Both the position numbers and the translations under genes were made by a program. A stretch of 64,000 nt of DNA, from positions 1,798,001 to 1,862,000 of the forward strand of contig CM030335.1 in NCBI GenBank assembly GCA_017654855.1, read 5' to 3'. This DNA is from Podospora anserina. Lineage: Eukaryota. Under the pieces are notes generated by a model. That model had not been told where the DNA came from. It saw nothing but the letters and a program-made list of their open reading frames with translations, and made no database searches. This document shows, piece after piece, positions 60,591 through 64,000 of this stretch (positions within the stretch are counted from its first letter, which is position 1; each line of letters starts with the position of its first letter).

Positions 60591-63425
60591 GTCTGCGACT
60601 TTTGCGGGGATTTGAGGGTACGGGGGTGGTAATAGTATGTGCTGTACGGGGAAAAAGAAGCGGATCTCTTGCCAGCGTGACGGTGACAGTAAGGTGAAAA
60701 AGTCGCAGTGCAAATGGCCGATAGCTGGTGCTCCATCGACTACCTTACCTACCTGGAGCGGTGAGTCAAACATTTGAATCTGCCAGAGCAAGCACAGATA
60801 CGCACAAAACAATTTGCTCTTTCCCCCGCATAGGGCATAAGGGACTGCAGGCTATGATGTTTCATTCGACACTGGGTATGTTTTGGAAGATTTGTGCATG
60901 ATGGTTATTCAATTGCGAAGTAGGGAATCCTGTGAGAGCCAGGTAGATACTGAAAGGTCGAACATACTGCCCCAGGCAGGCCTTTTTGTAGAGCTCCGAG
61001 GTAGATAATAACAGTCCAAGATTATATGACATGAGTTGAATGAATCACAATAAGTCACTTTGCAACTCGTTAACTCTGTTTGTTTGGAGACAAACGCTAT
61101 TGTGACATCCACATCTTTGAATAATGGCGTGCTTGACCAGTCGATGAATCGTTTGTCGATCAAGTTACTGTGATGTTATGGGTCAGTGACGTTCCATCCA
61201 GTCAATATATGTGTGTAGAAAGAACTGTCATGTTTGAAAGTCGTTGAGTCGTAATACTGGTGAGAGAAGCCGTAATCGTTTCAGAAGCTGCTACAACTGA
61301 GTTTATGACACCTTAATCCACACGTCATGAAGTTACGCAGCTTTGAATATCTCTTGACAATCTTCAAGATATTTTGCTTATGCGGAAAGGCATCTCAAGC
61401 ATGTTAAAAGGGGTATTGGCTATCTCTTCAGGCCTTAAATTTGTTGTAGTCTTTCCTTTTCTGCTCCCTCACGGCAGCAGGCCTACTAGGTGAGACACAG
61501 GGTTCAACTTGTCTCACGTATGAAAGAGCACTGATTAATAACTCTGAGTATTGCGACCATCCCTCACAAGCCTGCAAGACTATTCTATCAACATATGAAT
61601 GCTACGTGAGCATGAGGTCCGCCCATCCCTAGTGGATAGAAAAGAAGCAAAATGATCTGCTCGGCTACAACGGGAAAGGCAAAGTGACAAGCACGGTCCG
61701 CTCGCGTCCATCCGGATCTTCGTGCATTCGCGAGGGCAGATTGGCGAGACAAGTCAGCACCTGTCAGAGGGGTGTACTGCATGGCATTATTGCATCATTT
61801 TGCTGCAGAGGTGCGGCGTATGTACAGTATGTATACCATTGTTAGGATGCAAAAAATAGGGGTTCTAGGACCAAGACATTCTAATCTTGAATTCTCAGCT
61901 CTTGCAGGGAGTTTGAGACAAGACACGGCTTGGGCACGGGCCGTTGACCAGGTTGATTGGATGTGCTGCAGCTTTCTTTTCTTCTTTTCTCAACGCCACT
62001 GTTTCTCCTTCCCAATCTAGATCGAGGCGTGTAACAATGTCGACTTCGCGATATATACTCTGTAGATAGTTTTCTGCCTTCTCCCTTCTCCTGATCCTGA
62101 ATGAGCGGTATAGGTATCTTGACCAGCTGAAGAGAACATCCATAAAGGGCAAGATGGGGCGAATCATCTGTGCGGTGCCAGTCACAAGTGGTCAGATTTC
62201 ACAGCCGAGCAACCGAAGCTGGGCCCGAAGCATGGCCCGAAAGTACAGCCAAGAAGTGTAGCAGTCTGGAGCTGGAACAGTGCAATGTAACTAAAAGTTC
62301 CCAAGAATTTTGTGGTGGAGAAGGCTTGTTTAGCTTCACATGGCCGAGTCCACAAGCGCTATTAGCCAGTTGACAGTGTCGGATTCTTCGCTTCGTGTTT
62401 CGTTATGGCGTTTTAGTTTGCTCAGTTTGATCCAAGAGGCGACGATCTCCCAGATCTGTAGCCGTATCCGAGTGCGCCGACGTGATACCGGAGCTGGCTC
62501 CGAAAGGGTGTGTCGATGCATAAGAGGAAGGCCATCGGGCCGTCTCTCTCATGACTGCTACATGGTGTAGTAGCATACCATCCATCCGCTAGGTAGATCA
62601 ACCACAACCCCGGGTCATTTTATCCATTTTAAGATATGACGAGGCAAGGACCAGCTTTCAGTCTTGAGCGGGGTATGGATTGATTGCCCATTCCGCGCGG
62701 ATGACGGACGGGATAGATGCAGTCGAGCGGCGACACTGTTGGCTGCAGGTGGGAAACAAGGAGCCATGTTCGTGCCAAGAGGGCGTCCTTTGAGCAGCCA
62801 GATGGGAACCAGGCACGGACGAGACGGTAGGGGATCAAACAAACGTGGCAGCCCTGCGTGTCACGGTGGATGGGGAGACTTGAGAGGCTCACAAAGGAAA
62901 GGTTGATAAAACAGAAAGCAAAAAAAAGCTTTGACGGGAGAGAGGTGGGCGTGGTCGGTGGGGAATCACGCTATTGTCGGTCTGGGCCCACTCCCCCACT
63001 GGGATGGCCTGTCAGCTTGTGGAGGAGTGCTCCATTATCGCGACCATTGGCTCGTGGGGAATGAGGGGAGGGCCTCGGGGGAGCAGGCGGGAGCTGTCCC
63101 CCCCAGGGGTATCCATCCTGCAGGTCATGGAGGGATCCCCATTTCCCCATGATACAAGATGACCCTCCCCCAGCGACTGTCCCCTCTCCGACCTCCTGCG
63201 ATACGACCCTGTCGTCCTCTTTTCCGCTTCACCTCCGTCTTCACTCCCACCCCCATTGCTCCCATTGCTCCCATTGCTCTCTGAGACCCAGGGCCCGCCG
63301 ACCTGGTAGCCGGATTTGCGATCATCCGAGGCTTTGATCTGCCCTGCGTTTCCCACACAGCTTTCCTCCTTCAGATACGAACATCATCTCCTTTACGATC
63401 GCGACCTCGTTACAATCGATCAAAG

Positions 63426-64000
63426 ATGGAACCCTATGCATACCCTGCCGAAGGGTTGGATGAGATGGCGTAAGCTAGTCACCCGCCACACCGCCGTTGA
63501 ACCGCTCAGTTCACCAAATGGTTGCTAACGGCTGGGAACAGAGAAAAGTTGAACCGATTAAGCACAGCGGACTCGCGGCATGGTGACTCGGCCCCATTGC
63601 TCAACGGGCGGTCCTATGACGCCTACGATCCCCGACTACGACCCCCCTCGAGCGGCTACCCGCTGCCACCGACTCCCGAGTCGCAATGGAGTCCCACCGA
63701 TGACCTTTTCCGAGTCCCGAATTATGAGCTTGGCCAGCGGCACGCTGCCGCATTGCCGCTGCAGCGTCCGGTGTCGAGGAGCAAGTCGTCACTTTTCCGA
63801 AAAGACTCGCATACATCGGACCGAAGGCCCTCGAGAGGCTCGTCCGCCGGTTTCAGCCTGTACCCCGCAGCCCGTCCACCACCGCCGAAGCAGCCGCTGC
63901 CCGCGCTTCCCTCCAACAAATCTGCACGCCGCATCTCATCCCAGGGCTCCTTTGACAGCAGCTCAATTGCATCGGGCGAGACTTCGAGATACTCGGATTC
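63426..64000 (+). CDS. Ser/Pro-rich protein, N-terminal part (runs off the window)
   Basis: MEPYAYPAEGLDEMA, intron ~63470-63541 (GTAAGC..GCTAAC..CAG), then an open frame EKLNRLSTADSR...FSLYPAARPPPPKQPLPALP. Confidence 0.7.

Noticed and set aside
60900..63400. Many short ORFs and an 8-bp hairpin at ~61490-61518
   Set aside because: No coding signal or RNA family signature; consistent with a long intergenic/promoter region.

Overview
Eukaryotic DNA from a filamentous ascomycete: short GT-AG introns with CTAAC/CTGAC branch points and RIP-like decay of repeats. Gene style and LTR structure suggest Sordariales, probably Podospora (inference). Most of the window is a gene-dense housekeeping region: PAM16, YIP1, RCC1, a Cys-rich metallothionein-like protein, a protein methyltransferase, GH47, an MFS transporter, a PTH11-like protein, BPL1, COA4, MGM101, a REEP/YOP1-like protein, an SDR, an LRR protein, DPM3, a probable CENP-P/Ctf19, an oxidoreductase-like protein, an HPT/XPT phosphoribosyltransferase, an FAD oxidoreductase and a LaeA-like methyltransferase. 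Three accessory patches interrupt it. (1) 30.6-36.9 kb holds RIP-eroded TIR fragments, three solo LTRs that share one half but differ in the other, a PTH11-like relic, a decayed hydrolase-NACHT-ankyrin (NLR) gene and two tRNA-like relics. (2) 49.6-51.7 kb holds pseudogenes. (3) 56.4-60.6 kb is a tandem array of orphan genes sharing a ~35-40 aa motif that I do not recognise; this is the best candidate for something undescribed. All family calls are by eye from motifs, with no database search, and splice coordinates are approximate to a few bases.
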